Shown: positions 12,961-29,212 of the stretch, one piece after another
How the letters are laid out: each line of letters starts with the position of its first letter
Numbering within the stretch: position 1 is the first letter of the stretch
Origin: the human T2T-CHM13v2.0 reference genome, Homo sapiens
Assembly: GCA_009914755.4 (NCBI GenBank)
Contig: CP086569.2
Coordinates: 13,120,001-13,184,000 of the forward strand
Reading direction: 5' to 3'
Length of the DNA stretch: 64,000 bases
Translations under genes and position numbers: made by a program
Notes under the pieces: generated by a model
The model's database searches: none
Seen by the model: the letters and a program-made list of their open reading frames with translations, nothing else
What the model was told of the DNA's origin: nothing

Positions 12961-14477
12961 TTTCAACAGTTTTCTAAGCTACTGTGTGGAGGTGACCATG
13001 TGAAACCAAGTATCCACTACATTTTCAACAGAAGGCTTTGTGCAGGTTGCATTTGCACTAAATTCCCCTCTCTGTCACTCCAGGAAGTGATTGGAGCCAT
13101 TTAGCATTTAATTCAGCCAACCTGTGATTCCATTTGGACTTAATCAACATTTCCATGTAACTCTGCAAAAACAACAAGTGGGTCTAGATTTCATGCACAG
13201 TGTCAGAAAATCGGGGATATGCATTAACTAGAGGCTATGATTAACTTAACATTTGTATGATATACATAAAACTTGCCATAGGTCATTTTGTGTGTGTTTA
13301 TGTGTGTGTATTCCAACTATAGTTGCATCATCAATTTTTAAAATGACTTTCTCATGCATTTGGGGATTGTCATTGATTCCATATGGTTATGTGATAGTCA
13401 TCTATTCAAAATCTTTTCAACACTTAAGCAATTTCCCTTAATATTTTAACTCTACAACTGATGATCAGAGAGCTAGAAAATTTTGATTCTGAGTTGATAC
13501 CATTGTTTCAAAAGCACCCATTTGACTTACGCTGTTTTAAGAGGAAGAATGTTTTTTCATGTGAGTGGAATTTCCACATGCTTTGAAAAAATAAGCAGTG
13601 ATTCATGAGTTTCCCTATAACGTACTTCCCCGCAATTGAAACTGGGTGCATACCCAGTATTTGCAAATCCAGGAAGACATCATAACCAATAGTCTTCATT
13701 TTATTTTACCAATAACCATAATCAGTATAGGGAGATATATTTCTTTATACACCAAATCCTGCATAACATGAGTAAAAGCATGAGTCCCTAAGCTCACATT
13801 AAATGCATGTAAATAAATCAGATTAACAAAGCATATGAAACAGGGAGTTTCAAAGAATAATTTCAAAATCCCTTTCCACTAAGTTTATCTTATATTTTCA
13901 GCTATTCATTTACTGCTCATATCAATGTTTCACCCCAAATCTTAGAATTCTTCCCTTTACAAAAAAAGTGCTCCACCTTCTTTTATCTCTGAACAAGAAG
14001 TTTTGTTTTTTAATGAAAGGAAATCTTGAAAATTACTCTCTGTTCATTTTCCTAGTCTTTTCCACCCAGTTATTTTTTCCATTGGTGTAGATGTGGACCT
14101 GGAACTCTCCTCCTTCAAAAATTGTATTTCGTGTGCTGCTCCTGAAGCATTAAAGGTGTCTGGTGAGCTGGCAGGAGGTAGTAAGGTTTTAACAACTTTT
14201 AAGTTTTTCCCTTAATTCATCCAAGTCTCAAATCACAGCCATGATACTTAATTCCCTGCTACTTATTGTAAACATTCATTAAGCAAATCTGGGGAACTTT
14301 TATTTTGCTAAAATACCAAGGGTATTTCAGGAATGATAATTATTCCTTCCTTTTCAGCTCTTAAAAACACACAGAAATCCAGTTACATCACTGGATGCTG
14401 GGCAACTATGTCCCAGGGAAGCTATATTTAAAATATGAATTCACATCTTAACCAGAGAACATGGGAATAGGACCTTA

Positions 14478-15590
<1,113 letters not shown>

Positions 15591-16289
15591 CTCAGGACAT
15601 TCCTCCAGAAGTTTCCTAGAAGCTGCCAATTTTACCTTTTTAGCAATACCCATTTCCTTGGTCCCATAAGGCAGGAACCATTCAGGGCAAAGAGAACAGC
15701 TAGGGTGCAGCATGCCTTCTTCAAACTGTGCTTCTGCAGGTCATGGACTTCATCTCTCTCTGGATCCTGCCTGTCCAAGATGGTCATTGGCATCAAATTC
15801 TGTCTTGGTTTCATGGCATAATAAAATTGTCCCATGAAATTCCTCCCCTCTGCTTTACAGCTTGCCTGACTTGTCCTCTTCTGCTCTGGGGAAAGCTATA
15901 AAATTACACACTGAAAAGAACAGATTTGGCACCCCAGTCTCCCAATTCCACGTGTCAGAGAGGCTGCATGTAAAAAATTAAACAGACAGGGTAGATTGTC
16001 TTCCCTTTGTCAGAAAGTAGGAAAAGTAGACACTTGTAGAGAAATGGGTTTATATTTAGAAGGAGGAAGCATCACCTTTTTAGCATAAGAGTTTTGCAAA
16101 ATGAGCATGGCTTTTGTGAACGTATAGATGTGAATCAAAATGAAAAAGCTGGCTTTTGATTCGGGAGCAAATCAAACTTTGAAATCATGAATGCTGGTGT
16201 ATTCTTTTACTCTTTTGTCTTTACTCTTGAAGGACTTGGAACTTTCTGCAAATTTTTCTTCAAATGTTTGGCAGGGGCCCCCAGGTGAT

Positions 16290-16640
<351 letters not shown>

Positions 16641-16871
16641 GCCACTCTTGGCAGCATGGAATATAAGCATGCCTCTCTCTCTCTTGCAGTTTCTCTCTGA
16701 GAAAACCCCAGAAACCTAGCTCACACCCAAAGCCTCACATCGATTGCAATGAAAGATCTCTTTCCTCTCCTCTTATACCTTCTTATTACTTCCTAAAAGG
16801 ACTACAGATGTTGATCCAAACATTTATTAATAGTATAACCCCATTCACAGAATATCTTTACAATGTAGTTT

Positions 16872-17199
<328 letters not shown>

Positions 17200-18020
17200 T
17201 AACAAGACAAAAAAAATATAGGTCAGTGGTACGAAAATCATGATAGAACTCTTTTAGCATCCTTAGGTAGACATGTATTCAACTTTTGGTCAAGTGTAGA
17301 TGCCTATTTTTAAAAAAGAAATATTTGGTTGGAGAGGACACAGAGAAGCTAAGGGGGTTGGTGAATGCAAATGGGAAGAAAGAATGCTTAATGCAGCTTG
17401 ACAAAAGTAGAAGCAAGCCCTGCGACCTAGTCAAAAGTTTTGTAAGAGCATCATTAAAAGATGGCATTGGAATCCTTATTCTCTGTCTCCACAGATGTTC
17501 AAAGCTGAGGAGGAAGCTGCACTGTCTTATTAAAATGGACCCAGCTACAGAGGCATGTGAGTGATTTCTTCTATCAAAAGCAATCAGCAGTGGGTTCTGT
17601 ACAGACCTGTTCAAGCTCCCTTCCAACCTTATATTTCCATGCCCCAGGTTATGAAATCAGTTCCAGGACCAGAGTTCACAGTCCCTCCGAGCCCATTTAG
17701 ACATGCATTACAGAAAACAACAGTGGTCTTCAACTCTGTATTTGAAAAATAAATATGGTCCTAATTATACTAACTACCTTTCCAAGCCAGAGGTTTTATC
17801 CATTTCACCTTAAGGTCATGTACTTGGGAAATGACAGACTCACATGTGGAAGCCATTTCTCTACAATTTACTAGGTGATCACAGGCTTCATTTCATCAAA
17901 CCATTTTTCTACAGTAGCCTCATACAATTCCCAGAAATACCAAGGTGAGGAGCGGCCATTTGCTGCTATGTTCTTTCCTTGGTTGGTTCCATTATAGCCC
18001 CTCAAGCATAGAGCAACCAG

Positions 18021-18308
18021 AAGTGATGGCCCACACCTGTAATCTCAGCATTTTGGGAGGCTGAGGTGGGTGGATCACTTGAAGCCAGAAGTTTGAGGCC
18101 AGCCTGGCCAACATGGCAAAACCACATCTCTATGAAAAATACAAAAATTACCTGGGCATGGTGGTGCAAATCTGCAATACCAGGTACTCGGGAGGCTGAG
18201 GCAGGAGAATTGCTTGAAACTGGGAGGTGGAAGTTGCAGTGAACCAACATCATGTCACTGCACTCCAGCCTGGGTGACAGTCAGACTTTGTCCCCACCCC
18301 CCAAAAAA
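18021..18308 (+). mobile_element. Alu, sense
   Basis: GTGATGGCCCACACCTGTAATCTCAGCATTTTGGGAGGCTGAGG ... CCAGCCTGGGTGACAG. Confidence 0.9.
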
Positions 18309-18974
18309 GGAAAGAACAAAAGATCAAAGAAGGCATCTCACAATAATCCTACTTCTTTTTCAGAGATGGTGGTCTGGAACAAGAAAACAAGGATGAATAA
18401 TAGAACAAGAAAACAAGGATGAAGTCGATTTATTGGAGGCTATGGAAATCACTTAATCATGAATCATTTAATCTTCTTGTCTTGTGGCCTGACCCTAAAT
18501 AGCTCCTGGACCAGCCCACATCCTGCCAGCTCTTATAATGTCAGGAGCCAGGTGGAAGATTTCATCATCTCTTCCTTTCTGGATTGCAACATCCCACTAA
18601 CTGGTAACACCTCAATTCCCAGCCTTATTCTTCCCTAGTCCAAAACCCTCTGGACACAGTAGAAGATGAGATTATAGACCTGACCATGCTGTGTTCTGTG
18701 TAGACCCATTTCATGGTTTTCCACTGTTCCTGGGATAAAGAAGAAGCTCCTCATCTCAGACCACGAAGTCTGAATCATCTGTACTTGTTGCTTCTTTCCT
18801 GCTACCTCTCCATCCTCAGTGTTTGCCATCGTTTACCTCATTCTGTGTCTCCCAGCCACACTGCGGTTCTTACTGCTCTTCAGGGTTGCGTCACCCATTT
18901 TGTTACTGAGCAATGGGCTTGCTGCTTGACATGTATATAAGCCAATACTAGGGCATTGCTTTGGGGATTTTGTT

Positions 18975-19265
18975 GTTATTGTTTAAGACAGGGTCTCACT
19001 CTGTTGCCCGGGATGGAGTGCAGTGGCACGATCTTGACTCAGCGCAGCTTCTGCCTCCCAGGTTTAAGTAATCCTCCCATCTTAGCCTCCCGAGTAGCTG
19101 TGACCACAGGCACACATCACCATGCCTAGTTAATTTTTGTATTTTTGGGTAGAGACTGGGTTTTGCTGTTTCCCACGCTGGTCTCCAACTCCTGAGCGGA
19201 AGCAATCCACCTGCCTCAGCCTCCAAAGTGCTTGGATTACAAGTGTGAGCCACCATGCTGTGCTG
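18975..19265 (-). mobile_element. Alu, antisense
   Basis: AAGACAGGGTCTCACTCTGTTGCCCGGGATGGAGTGCAGTGGCACGATC ... AGTGTGAGCCACCATGC. Confidence 0.9.
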
Positions 19266-19436
19266 TAGGGTACCATTTTTTTTCTTTGTTCTTTTCTTTT
19301 TCTTTCTTTCTTTTTTTTTTTTTTCCTTTTTAAGGCTTTATTGTGAGGTCAGCTGGCAAGGAGACAGGAGGCAGGGCTCAAATCTGTCTCCCTGATCTGG
19401 GGGTTAGCTCAAATATTTATGGGTTAAGAAGTGTGT

Positions 19437-19720
19437 GACTGGGCACAGTGTCTCATGTTTGTAATGATGGCACTTTGAGAGGCCGAGCTGGGAGGATTGC
19501 TTGAGGCCAGGAGTTCAAGACCAGCCTGGGCAACATGGCAAAACCACATTTCCACAAAAAATATGAAAACTAGCCTGGTGTGATGGTGCCCACCTGTGGT
19601 CCCAGCTACCCACCCAGGAAGTTGACGTGGGAGGATCAATTAAACCCAGGAGGTCGAGGCTTCAGCGCACCATGATCACGCCACCGTATTCCAGCCTGGG
19701 TGAAAGAGCAAGACCCTGTC

Positions 19721-19753
<33 letters not shown>

Positions 19754-19790
19754 AGAAAGAAACAAACAAAAGAAAAGAAAAAGAGGTATG
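19437..19790 (+). mobile_element. Alu, sense, with long (AAAAG)n-type tail
   Basis: TGACTGGGCACAGTGTCTCATGTTTGTAAT ... AGACCCTGTCAAAAAAAAAAAGAAAAGAAAAG... Confidence 0.9.
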
Positions 19791-20569
19791 TGGAAGTGCT
19801 GGTGTGGCAAGTTTTAATTAAAGGGCTTTAACCTTGGCTATTTATAATAAGATATGGAATAGTGGATTTCAGCACAATGTCTTCTGGGGGAGTAGACCCT
19901 TTGCTTCTGAATGGGTTTCAGCATCCTGGTTCCGGTCATGTCCAGCTGTTTTTGGTTCCACAGGGAAGCATCATCAGTTTCAGGTGTGACTGGAAGTCAA
20001 AGCTTTTTCCCTTTGCCTGTGCCCAGGCTACACAACATGCAGTGTTGGTTCTGTTGCAACTGTATAACAGCTTAAACAATGGTTAAACAATTGAGTTGAA
20101 CTGGTTCAAGCTGATCTCATGGTTACAGTTTCCCTACTCCATTCCTTGCTAAACTCTACCCAGAAAGACCCAGTGCTACATATTACCACCCCTTACTCTA
20201 CTTACCAATCAGATTTACCTTCAAACACCACTTTCTCAGGGAATCTTTCCTTCCTTTCCAAACTTGGGAAATTTCCTCTAACATTCCTCTATTTCTACTG
20301 CCAAACACTTCTCCTGGTACTAATGAAGTAGGAAATAGTACTTTTTTATTTCTTTCTCCACTAAAACATAAGAGAAAGACAAATATGGTATCCACATTGC
20401 AAGCATGTTCCCTGAGGGTATTCTCCACTCATTACATGCTTTTTGAATATGTAAAATGTAAATATTCAGTAGGTAAATATTCAATATGTAAATATGATGA
20501 TATGTAAATATTCAATATGAAACATTGAAATCTACTTCAAAGGTCATGGGTTTTTTGGAGTTTTCTTTG

Positions 20570-20845
20570 TTATTTTTTAATTGACACATAATGGATATAC
20601 ATGGTTTTGGGATACACGTAATAATTGAATAGATTCACATAATTTGTAAAAATCAAATGAGTACTTGGGCTCTTTATCATCATAAATACTTGTCTTTTCT
20701 TTATGCTAGAACCATTTGAATTCTTTTCTTCTAGCAATTTTGAATATGTAATAGATTACTGTAAACTATAGTCACCCTATGACCTAACACTAGGACCTTT
20801 TTCTTTCATCAAACTTTATATTTGCACCATTGAATCAACAAAACT
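20570..20845 (+). mobile_element. Old L1 (L1PB/L1MA-like) extreme 3'-UTR fragment
   Basis: TTTTTTAATTGACACATAAT...TACATGGTTTTGGGATACA...CTATAGTCACCCTATGACCTAACACTAGGACC... matches the 3' terminus of older L1 subfamilies (from memory). Confidence 0.6.
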
Positions 20846-21013
20846 GATGTTGATTCATGAGATTAAACAACTAAATCTGAAGAGATATCATCAGTTCTCA
20901 CTCTGCTGGGGACATACTTCATCCCCTTGTAGGTAATAGTTGTATCTACACTAATGATATGTGACTCTGAGGTACTCTGTTTTTTAAATTTTTATTTTTT
21001 AATATAAATAGAA

Positions 21014-21126
21014 ATGGAGACTCACTGTGGTGTCCGGGCAGGTCTCAAATTCCTGGGCTCAAGTGATTCTCCTACCTTTGCCTCCCAACATGCTGGGATT
21101 ACAGGCATGAGCCACCAAGCCTGGCT
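21014..21126 (-). mobile_element. Alu monomer fragment, antisense
   Basis: GAGACTCACTGTGGTGTCCGGGCAGGTCTCAAATTCCTGGGCTCAAGTGATTCTCC...GGGATTACAGGCATGAGCCACCAAGCCTGGC. Confidence 0.8.
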
Positions 21127-21134
21127 TACTCTGT

Positions 21135-21540
21135 TTTTTTGTTGTTGTTTTCTTTTTTTCTTTGTTTGTTGGTTGGTTGGTTTTTTGAGTCAGGGTCTCA
21201 GTCTGTTACCCAGGCTGGAGTGCTATGGCATGATCTCGACTCTCTGCAGCCTCAACCTCTCAGGCTCAAGCTGTTCTCCCACCTCAGCCTCTGGATTAAC
21301 TGGGATGGCATGGACTACCACCATAGATTTTTGTGTGTTTTTTGTAAAGACAAGGTTTCTGGCCAGGCACAGTATCCCAGCAGTTTGGGAGGCTGAGGTG
21401 GGCAGAACACTTGAGGCCAGGAATTCAAGACAGGGTTTTGCCATGTTGCCCAGGCTGATCTCTAACTCTTGGACTTAAGCGATCCTCCTACCTTGGCCTC
21501 CCAAAGTGCTAGGATTACAAACATGTGCCACCATGCCCAT
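21135..21540 (-). mobile_element. Alu, antisense, carrying a nested sense Alu fragment at 21361-21432
   Basis: Antisense right arm 21135-21360 and left arm 21433-21540 are interrupted by TGGCCAGGCACAGTATCCCAGCAGTTTGGGAGGCTGAGGTGGGCAG... Confidence 0.8.
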
Positions 21541-21612
21541 CCATTAAAAGTGTTTTCTCTTCCATTTTAAGAGAATGCTCCTTCATTGAAATGCACTGTC
21601 TTATTTATTCTT

Positions 21613-21808
<196 letters not shown>

Positions 21809-22135
21809 TAAAACAAAAAACAACAACAACAAAAGAAACATGTTGGGACTGTGTCCCCAGAAGGCCAGATATGACTTGAACTACTATGAGACATAAATTT
21901 AAAGAAAACCACCCAGTGTGGCTGAAGATAGGATTCCCTAGTGCTACTGCCTCACTTACAGACCAACAGTCTCCTGTCATCCAGCTTTCCACTCCTTCCT
22001 TGGCATTTCCACTGAGGTATCTCAGTGGCATCTCCAACCCAGGGATTGCAATGCATAGGTTCTTCCATCAGATCTGCCAGTTGCAAAAGGATTCCTCTGG
22101 TAGTGAAAGCCAGAAAAAACAAATGCTGACATCTA

Positions 22136-22330
<195 letters not shown>

Positions 22331-22339
22331 GTCAAATAA

Positions 22340-23110
22340 ATGTAACAGAGTTTAATTGAGCAGAGAACGATTCACAAATTGGATAACCCACTGAGCCAGA
22401 GTAGGTTCAGAGAGACTCTGGCGCTGTCTCATGGTGAGAGAAGATTTATGGACAAAAAAAGGAAAGTTGTGTGCAGAAAACAGAAGTGAGGTACAGAAAT
22501 AGCCAAATTCTTTCCAGCTGACCATTGGCCTTATTTGAGCATGGTTTGGATAGTTGACTTCCTTCGGACAAAACTTTGTGATTGGCACAAAAGTAGGTTC
22601 CAGCCTGTTTACACATCCAGTTAGGTTTCAGTGCACTGCGTACGGAGAAACCTTTAAGCAAACCTTAAAATATGTCAGGGAGCAGCTTTAGGCTAAACTT
22701 AATTCAACACATCTTTTGGCGCTCAGCTTAAATATAGCTCTTGCATTAAACATGAACAGTCTAAGAAGAGGGCCGTGCCTGTCTAGTGAGACCTGAAATT
22801 TCGGCTGGGTTTTGGAAAACCAGTGACACTTGCCCTAAGTTACCGTGAAGGCTCCAGGTGTTGTCTGGGTGATATTACCCATGTTCAGGGTGAACTTCAA
22901 GATGAAGGACCTCCACTGTTGCACAAGTCCCTGTCATCAGAGAGACCAAAATAAATGCCCCTTTAGCAACTAAAACAGACCCTAAGGTTAAGGAAAGAAA
23001 AGTTTGCTACAGGCTGAGTTCACAGAGAGGCTAGGGTGGCAACTTCCTAAATTCCTACGGCTACAAGAAAAACCACACTCTTGCTAAATTCCGTAAGAAG
23101 ACAAGCTACC
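22340..23110. repeat. Unclassified interspersed repeat (LTR-like). Related copy at 25600-26000.
   Basis: Shared blocks with 25600-26000: TTTAA(T/C)TGAGCA(G/A)AGAA..., AGATTTATGGACAAAAAAAGGAAAGT / AATTTATAGACAAAAGAAGTAAAGTGAGGTACAG(G)AA. Family not identified. Confidence 0.3.
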
Positions 23111-23135
23111 CAGGCAAATTATCAGACCCTTCTAA

Positions 23136-23441
23136 CACTTTTTTTTTTAAACAGGGTCTCACTCTATAGCCCAAGCTGGAGTGCAGTGTTATGATCATGC
23201 CTCACTGAAGCCTCAACCTCCTGGGCTCAAGTGATCCTGCCACTTCAGCCTCCTAAGTAGCCGGGACCACAGGTTCATGCCACTGTGCTCAACTAATTTG
23301 AGCATGTGTATTTTTTGCAGAGATGGAGTTTCACCATGTTGTCCAGGCTGTTCTCAACCTCCTGAGTTTAAGCAATTTACCTGCATCAGCTTCCCAAAGT
23401 GCTGGGATTACAGGCATGATCCATGATCCACTGTGCCCGGC
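23136..23441 (-). mobile_element. Alu, antisense
   Basis: TTTTTTTTTAAACAGGGTCTCACTCTATAGCCCAAGCTGGAGTGCAGTG ... CACTGTGCCCGGCC. Confidence 0.9.
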
Positions 23442-23604
23442 CCCTTCTAAGTCTTGACAACCCAGATCACTATTCAGACAGAGAAGCAGCTTTACCCATA
23501 TTCTTTCTAATAAGCAACTGCAGAACTTACTCCAGTTTCAGCAGCTCAAGAGGCTTCACACTGTTTGTGTCATATAGTTCACCTCTTCACATAAAGAACC
23601 AAAT

Positions 23605-23944
<340 letters not shown>

Positions 23945-24399
23945 TAGCCCCAAAATGAACATGAGTCATATGTTACGTATATGTTTACCCGTTGGGCATG
24001 CACTCAGCTCCCCTCATAAATATGCATAGCTTCTCCACCAAACCTGCTGAATATGCATGACTCTATTGTGTAATATGATCCCTATGAGGCATGAGACCCA
24101 ATCTCTTTTCCCTCTTCAGAGAGAGAGCATCTTTTCTTTATGCCAGGGACACTCACTCCCCAGTTTGCAAAGCGATATCACCAATAAAACTCTCCTTTCT
24201 ATTACACTATTTGCGCATCCTGGTGGTCTTTTCATGACAGCTCTAAACTTTGCTTAAGGCTCTTGTGGGAGAGCAGGATAGGTCACCCCAAAAGATATCA
24301 CTTTGGGATAAGCATTATTTTGAGCCAAAGAAAATTGAGAAGCAAGAGCTGCTAAAAGAAAACAGCTGTTATACAGATTAATTCATCACCCAGGCATTA

Positions 24400-24872
24400 A
24401 GTTCAGAACCTGTGAAAGGACAATATATCTTGGGGCCTCCAAGTCACTAAGCTAAAGAGAAAAGTCCAGCTGGGAACTGCTTAGGGCCTCTGCCTCCCAT
24501 TCTAGTCAAAGTCACCCCTCTGCTCCCTGAGAGACGCGTATCTGATCGCCTCCTTTGGAAAGGCTCATCAGAAACTCAAAACAATGCAACTGTTTGTGTC
24601 TCACCTATCTGTGCCCTGGAATCCCCCTCCCTGCTTCCAGGCTTCCTGCCTTTGCTTCAAGTTGTTCCACCTTTCTAGATCGAATCAATGTGCTTCTTAC
24701 ATATATTGATTGATGTCTCATGTCTCCCTGAATGTATAAAACGGAGCTGTGCCCCAACCACCTTGGGCACATGTCGTCAGGACTTCCTGAGGCTGTGTCA
24801 CGGCACATCCTCAACCTTGGCAAAAGAAACTGTCTAAGTTAACTGAGACCTGTCTCAGACTTTCTGGGTTCA
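24400..24872 (+). repeat. LTR-like element (ERV1-type solo LTR 3' portion?), copy 1
   Basis: About 80% similar to 31205-31678 over ~470 bp. Contains TGTATAAAAC (TATA-like), AATCAATGTGCTTCTTACATAT, and ends ...TTCTGGGTTCA (terminal CA). Confidence 0.45.
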
Positions 24873-24904
24873 CATACCCATTAGTTATTTTTCCTGATCC
24901 TCTC

Positions 24905-25110
24905 CCTCCTCCCACGCTCCACCTTCTGAAAGGCCCCAATGTGTGTTGTTCCCCTCTTTGTGTCCATGTGTTCTCATCATTCAGCTCCTATGTATAAGTG
25001 AGAACATGCGGTATTTGGTTTTCTGGTCCTGTGCTAGTTTGCTAAGGATAATGGCCTCCAGCTCCATCTGTGTTCCTGCAAAGGACATGATCTCGTTCTT
25101 TTTTAACTCA
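24905..25110 (-). mobile_element. L1 3'-end fragment (ORF2 C-terminal coding), antisense
   Basis: CCCCTCTTTGTGTCCATGTGTTCTCATCATTCAGCTCCTATGTATAAGTGAGAACATGCGGTATTTGGTTTTCTGG...CCTGCAAAGGACATGATCTCGTTCTTTTTT = reverse complement of the L1 ORF2 end. Confidence 0.85.
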
Positions 25111-25599
25111 AACAATAAAAGCAAGTCAGCTAAGGGAGTGGAAAAAAAAAAAAAACTCTCTGCACTCTCCTATTCGCCTGAAAGTAGACTTAGACTGTTA
25201 ATTACCAGAGACACAGGCCTAGAGGAATCTACATAACAAACCTTACTCAATTTGCCTTTATCTTCCATTAGCTTCCCTCCTGTATTTATCTTCCCAAAGT
25301 TTGCAGCTCCTAGGAGCTTAAAAGGCCTTTTTCCTTTGCCTTTTTTCTTCATGACAAATGTATTGTTCTTGGGTGATTTGTTCTATGTGCCCCATGTCCT
25401 AACCACACTTTTGAGTTACTCATCACTGACTTTCACCACAATGGATGTACACTGCAAATCTTAATAAACTCTGCTTTTCTTTGGTTCTTTGGTCAGTTCC
25501 ATTTCCAGGGCAGTAGCTAGAGAACTGAGGAAGACAGAGGAAAAAGTTGTTATTGTTGTTGTTGTTTTTCCTTCTGCTCTACCAGCGCCCTGTCAAAAT

Positions 25600-26000
25600 C
25601 CTTAAACATTTTGGAACAGAGAGCTGTTAAAAGAAAACTTCAGACAAGTAAAATTTGGTGGAGTTTAACTGAGCAAAGAAAAGATCTTATTGAATCAGGC
25701 AGCCTTGAGGATCACAGCAGATTCAGAGACACTGCAGGGGTGCCTTGTGGTCAGAATAAATTTATAGACAAAAGAAGTAAAGTGAGGTACAGGAATCAGA
25801 AGTGCGGTATAGAAACAGTGAAATGGATTACAGCTCGGTGTTTGCCTGATTTGAACACAGTATGAACACTCAGCAGTCTGTGAGTGGTTGAAGTATGTCC
25901 CCTGGGATTGGCCAACACTCAGCTATTGTTACAGATGCATATTATTAGTTAGGTTTTCAATTTTGGCTGCCTATTAAACTAGGATACCCTTCATCCACAA
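25600..26000. repeat. Unclassified LTR-like repeat, related to 22340-23110
   Basis: See 22340-23110. Confidence 0.3.
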
Positions 26001-26372
26001 GGACTCACATATAGAAGTACGGAATCCTTCTTGGGCCATATTTAGTTTGTTTTAACAGAAGTAAGCATTTTATTTTTATTTTTACCTGTTTCCCCAAGAG
26101 CTGAGCATTTTCATTTTGCACTCGGCCTTGCAAACTATACCTGGTTCTATCCACAAAGAAAAGATGCCAAGAACTGAGGTTGCTTAAGTCATTATTACTT
26201 ATATTGATAGCAAGAGTAGATTTCTGAAGGAGTTTGCTCTTAAAAGTGCGTATTTCCTGAGTCTATACTATTGACAGCATTTCTTTGGCAGGGATCTAAA
26301 TTTGGGTCTTGGGATTAAAATTAGGGAATCTGGGTTGCTAATCAAAACTCTGCTTAGAAGAAACAAAAATAG

Positions 26373-26668
26373 GCTGGGCATGGTGGCTTATGTCTGTGAT
26401 TCCAGCACTTTGGAAGGCCAAGGTGGGTAGATGGCTTGAGTCCAGGAATTTGAGACCAACCTGGGCAACATAGTGAGACCTCATCTCTATAAAGTATACA
26501 AAAATTAGGTGGGAGTCGTGGCTTATACCTGTGGTCCCAATTACTTGGGAGGCTGAGGCAGGAGGGCACTTGAGCCTGGGAGGTCGAGGCTGCAGTGAAT
26601 CATGATTGCAGCACTACACTGCAGCCTGGGTGACAGAGCAAGATCCCGTCTCAGAAAAAAAAAAAAAA
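26373..26668 (+). mobile_element. Alu, sense, followed by (GGAA)n purine repeat 26660-26745
   Basis: GGCTGGGCATGGTGGCTTATGTCTGTGATTCCAGCACTTTGGAAGGCCAAGG ... then GAAGGAAGGAAAGAAGGAAGAAAGGAAGGAAGGGAAGGAGGGAGGG. Confidence 0.9.
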
Positions 26669-29212
26669 GAAGGAAGGAAAGAAGGAAGAAAGGAAGGAAG
26701 GGAAGGAGGGAGGGATGGAGGGAGGAAGGGAGGAAGGGAGTCTTTACTGTTTAAAGAATGAATACAGGCTGCAGATGTGGGTAGATACTTGGCATTTTCC
26801 AAGTGGGAGTTTCACTTGCATGTCATCTAAATGCAATGCAAAATCAAACAAGGCATACTTAAAGAGGCAGGATTTTTCTGATTCAGAATCCAAGTTTTCT
26901 ATTCTGCAGAATCTGTGTGTCATCCTGAAATCCGTTGCTGGAAAATGTTCATTGCTCAATTATCATCACCAAGAGGTGGCCGGGCAACAAACCATCATCC
27001 CATAACATGACCCCAAGGTATCCACCGCACAAACTGTGCTTCCACTTCCATGCAATGTGTACTTCCTGTATCTCCCGCCTGTTTTTTACAAGAGTACCAA
27101 GGAAATCTGCTGTAGTCAGAGGAGGGCTTCTGAGGCCATTTGCAGATCTGAGTAAGGAAAATCATACAACCCTGATCCTAGGAGTCTTTACCATTTGTGC
27201 GTCCATCCAATTTGGGATTTGCTTTTAAATCCCTGTACCACCCAAATCAAATATCATAAAATATTTGGATTTGAAAAAATCATTCCAAGTAGGCTGCTAA
27301 ATACACTGCTTCCTTAACTAAATTATAGCCAAGATCTGAGGTATGGTTGCTGCTTTCAGCCAAGCCTTTTGAGATTATTTATTGTTGGCCCATCTCAATT
27401 CTAATTCACATTGCTTTTCTCATCCTCTGAACAAGGTCTTGAGACAAAAGAAACTATGTATCATTTCTCCAACTTTAGACCAGTGCCTGGATTATTCTAG
27501 GTTCTCCATTTATGCTCAGCCTCTGATGGATGAATGAGTGGCACAGATCACACATACTAGTTGTAATTAAAATATTTGTGCTTAGAAAAATCCAGATAAT
27601 AAATGATTCACTTTGATATTTCTGTCTCTCTCTCTCCCCTGCTACCCTTCTGTCTGTCTTTCTTTCTCTAATTTTTGCTTTATGTTATTCCTGTCTAAAA
27701 CTTTAATCAATGCATTCCATTCCTTCAAAGCTATTAAGGATTTGAGGAGCTTATGTAAAATACTGACAACCTCAGATGGATAAAGTAGGTGGAGGTGAAT
27801 TCTGGATACAATCAAACAATATAGGTTGAAAAATATATCTTTCCTTTTCAAATACCTCTTCTGAGAATAAAGTTAAAATGTATGCTATCTTTACAAAAAT
27901 GAAATAAATGTACACATTTATCATATTAGGAATTTGGAGCTAGCTGTGCAGGCAGCTATATTAGCATGCCACCTAGTGTTTAAATTCATGTAATGATTAA
28001 AAACACGCCGTGCTCAATCAGGCTTGCATTCCTTGATGCTAAGGAAAGAATATAAATTATTTGAAGGATAATTCAGAATGAGGAAATAATAGACATCCCT
28101 TAAGTAACTATATTTGCAGACTGAATTGTATAATTTATCTTTCTATTTAGGGAAAAAGGTTAATTAAGGGCTTAAGGGGCATATGGAAAATATTGACCAC
28201 CTCGGATAGACAAGGCAGGTGAAGGTATTTTCTCGATGCAATGGGTCATGATAGGTTACTTAAGCATTGAGTTTGGAGTGTTTAGACCAATGGCAAAGGT
28301 TTGTATCATTTTGATAGATGACATTCTTTCAATTTTAATCTTAAGGTATTTTCAAAATAACCACTAGAAAAGGAAATATAATACTTATTAAGAGCTACCT
28401 ATGGGCCTATGGGCTATGTGCAAAGTCTTTTACAGATATTATCTCCATGAATCTTTGTAAGTCTGGTAATATACTTTTCAGTTGCATTTCACAGAGGGAA
28501 CAATTGAAGTACAGATACATTAGGGAATATGTCCAAAGATATTTAGCTGGCAAGAAGAACAATTACCATTCACCCCATTGTGTCAAACCCTAGAGAACAT
28601 TCTTTCCACCTCTGAACACCACTGTGTGGAAAAGAACGTGTTCCCTTGGTTATACATAGCTTGCTTTTATCTACTACCTTCTCCTTGCCATGTGGTTAAA
28701 GAAAATGGAAGGACCGGAGCCAGGGAGGGAGAAGGATCTTGCATTTGGGGTTGACAACCTTGGGGCCAGACGTCATGGTCCTGCTCCCTTTACAGTGTGG
28801 ACTCACCAAAGCCTCTTCATGTCTCCACACTCTGTGTTCTTCATCTGCAAATATAAGAGCATTTGAGAAAATGATTTCAGAAGTTATTTCTCAGGCTAAA
28901 ATCCTAAGATTCTGTTCTAGGGTTTTCTAAATTCAAAATGAACATCCTCCTAACAGTGATGAGAAAATGAATGCTTTAGAGATCTTAGAACAGACTGGCA
29001 GAGAAATTGCTCAGCCTTTGTAAGGAATTCTTTTGTAGACAAATAAGGTCTGATATGGTGGCCCCAAATCACTTAGGAAAAAGATATCCTTGTTTAATAG
29101 TTAATATTAAGACAGTTATTTCTATTTCACTTGACACTTTCATATTACTCCTTAGTGAAGACAGCACAATAATACAGTCCATTGAAATAAATCAAACACA
29201 CATAATTTTCTA